This document shows, piece by piece, positions 61,811-64,000 of a DNA stretch of 64,000 nucleotides. Positions within the stretch are counted from its first letter, which is position 1. Each line of letters begins with the position of its first letter. Origin of the DNA: Rhynchobatus australiae. Taxonomy: Eukaryota. The DNA lies in contig JAUZTB010000098.1 of the NCBI GenBank assembly GCA_034780895.1, forward strand, positions 22,928,107-22,992,106. The letters run 5' to 3'. The position numbers and the translations under genes were made by a program. Under the pieces are notes generated by a model that saw only the letters and a program-made list of their open reading frames with translations, was not told the origin of the DNA and ran no database searches.

Positions 61811-64000
61811 TTTTCCTCCCACAGGAGTCAATTGGATTTAAAGAAAAAAGTTACTTTTCACTTCTCTATTCTGGTGACGGCTAAGATAGTTTCAGCATCT
61901 GAAAGCAGACCGAACACATCTTTTGATGAAAGTCTACATCACGCAGCAAATGCATATTCTTCATGCTTGGTGTTTGTGTATGCTAAGTTTTGAATGAATC
62001 TTGGGATCACTACACTGATTATTTTTCTTAAAAACATTGCAACAAGCATCTGGACACTCCCCTCTCCACTCTCTCGTTGCTGATTTTGTTTTGTAAAGCA
62101 GAAGATTTTTCTGAAAGAGCATCCCTTGCAGATCTGGAATCTACACATGAAATGCAGATGAATGCAGAGCATTTTGGTTTACACTGAATCACTTGACAGA
62201 TTGTATTGAATAGCTTTGATTGATGCACAGTGAACGTGAATTTTTTTTTTGGACATCGCTTTTTTTGTAATTTAAGTCGTCAAAAGGCAAAATCTTACCC
62301 TTGCCGTATGTATGTTGTAGACCCTTACTGGAATTATCATTAAGGCACAAACAACGTATTGTTAAAGGAAGTGTCTAAATCATTGGTCATGAACCCTCAT
62401 GGTATGCAGCATTTTCCTTTAAACTTAATATAAATGCACTGGTCATAACAGATATTGTTAGTACCCAGAACTTCTCTCATGCTTATAATTGCTTGGAAGT
62501 ATGTTGCTGTTTATTTATGAAGAACTTGGTAATACAGAAGAAAATCAGCATTTCCTTCTGGAGAAATAAATTCCTGCATTTGTTTGTAGCTCCCTGGTAC
62601 ATTGGTTGTGTTGCATTAATTGTATCCTTATTTTAAAGATAGAAAGTAGCTACCAATAGATAGAAGATTACTCTTGATCTTGTACTACCTTGTTTGGTGA
62701 ACCCTTCAGTAATATTCCCCGTGTAGCTATTTTATTGCTCTGTCTATGCATTTGATTTTCCTCAAATCATATATAAATGTCAAAGTAGTAGTTACAAGTT
62801 TGCCAACATGGCTCATTTTGGCTACTTGTGTGATTCTGCCAAATTGATGAACTTCTAAAAGCTAGGTTATCGACCGTTTTGGATGAGAGAAAGCATCTAT
62901 CTAACTGCTTTTGCTGTGAACCTTTCACTGGGCATGTTTGCTTTTGAATAAGAGTTATTATTGCCTGCACACACTTCAAAGATGCATTAACAGAGACAGT
63001 GCCATATTGTATTTGAACTCTGCCACTCACTGGAGGAGTACTGGGTTAAAAAAAAATAAAACAGCTTTTGTGCTGTGCATTCTACACCAGCTCAAACCCA
63101 TGATTTTTTTTAATCTGAAGTACAATGGGCAGATTTTCATTTTATTTTCAAAAAATGTAAAGGGAAGTCTTTATGAAACATTTGGTTGCAAGATTAAAAT
63201 TGCCAGCCATTATTTAAATTATTACATTTTTGCATCCAATTTCATAGCCATCCCAGCATTGTGGACTTGAGCTTCAAATTGAGATAGTGACAGTTATACA
63301 ATAGACTGGTAAATAGCCATCCCATTAATTGCCATGAAAAAGACAAATTTACAATTAACCTGAAGCCAGGAGCAGGGTCTCGGTTCATGGAACGTTCCTC
63401 ATTTTTGCCCAAAGATAAGCTGAAAGCAATTGTGATTCATTTGTTTGCACTGGGTTCTAGTCAAATCTGTCTTTATAATTTATAACAGTCTGCCAAAGCA
63501 TGTGATAGTTACAGCTGGTTTGAAGCTCATGGTCTGGGGTAAAGTGCAGTTTTAAGCATACAAGAGAATTCTTTATTTCTCCAAGGAAAGTCCTTCAAGG
63601 CTGCACATATTCCATTTATGTATTTTCTGGCTGGACTCTGCCCTACAGCCTGAGGTATTGTAAGCAGCTTGTTGTGCTTGGCTGTGTGTTTAGTGCTGAA
63701 TAAGGAGCTAAACTTGTCCTTTGTTAATATCAGATCTCCTTCAGGTTTGGAAACTTGTTAACCAAGTTGCAATATTAAAAAGATACTTCCATTTATATCA
63801 ACAAGCAAAGGTGACCTGTTCTATGAGATTTGTAAGCAAAGGGCCTTGGCATGTAACTCTGTATTACAACTGCAGTCCTGCCGACTTGCCTCTCTTTTGG
63901 AGACTCTTCCAATTGGTTGAAATGAAAAGTATGCCTGCATAAGTAGTTCACTTGAAAATTAGTATGTAAAGTTGACTTGGCCAAGCCATGCAATAGCAGC

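Noticed and set aside
61824-61993. Acceptor TTTTCCTCCCACAG|G with an open frame
   Set aside because: Acceptor abuts a SINE tail, no canonical donor, peptide unrecognised

Overview
Eukaryotic, AT-rich, gap-riddled non-coding DNA. The repeat repertoire (HE1-type V-SINE, HER1/CR1 LINEs, SacSINE1/AmnSINE1-like Deu-SINEs, Rex1/Babar, RTE, L2, L1, Penelope-like elements) points to a cartilaginous fish (shark/ray). It is probably a large intron or intergenic tract. I could not identify any host protein-coding gene: the long ORFs in the track are N-gap artefacts and the few meaningful short ones are retroelement fragments. The most interesting system is a family of about 15 Penelope-like element (PLE) derivatives. 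Two retain GIY-YIG endonuclease remnants (44690-45080, 48185-49545). The rest are 110-240 bp solo or fold-back terminal repeats carrying minimal hammerhead-ribozyme-like cores (CUGAUGA-stemII-GAAA), and four are bounded by 8-13 bp target-site-like duplications. Other leads: a teleost-type SINE tail beside a gap, a near-perfect 20-bp hairpin inside a Deu-SINE, a CpG-rich exon-like/hairpin segment between inverted Deu-SINEs, and several enhancer/promoter-like islands. Repeat family calls come from recalled consensus sequences compared by eye, and boundaries are approximate (about +/-20 bp).
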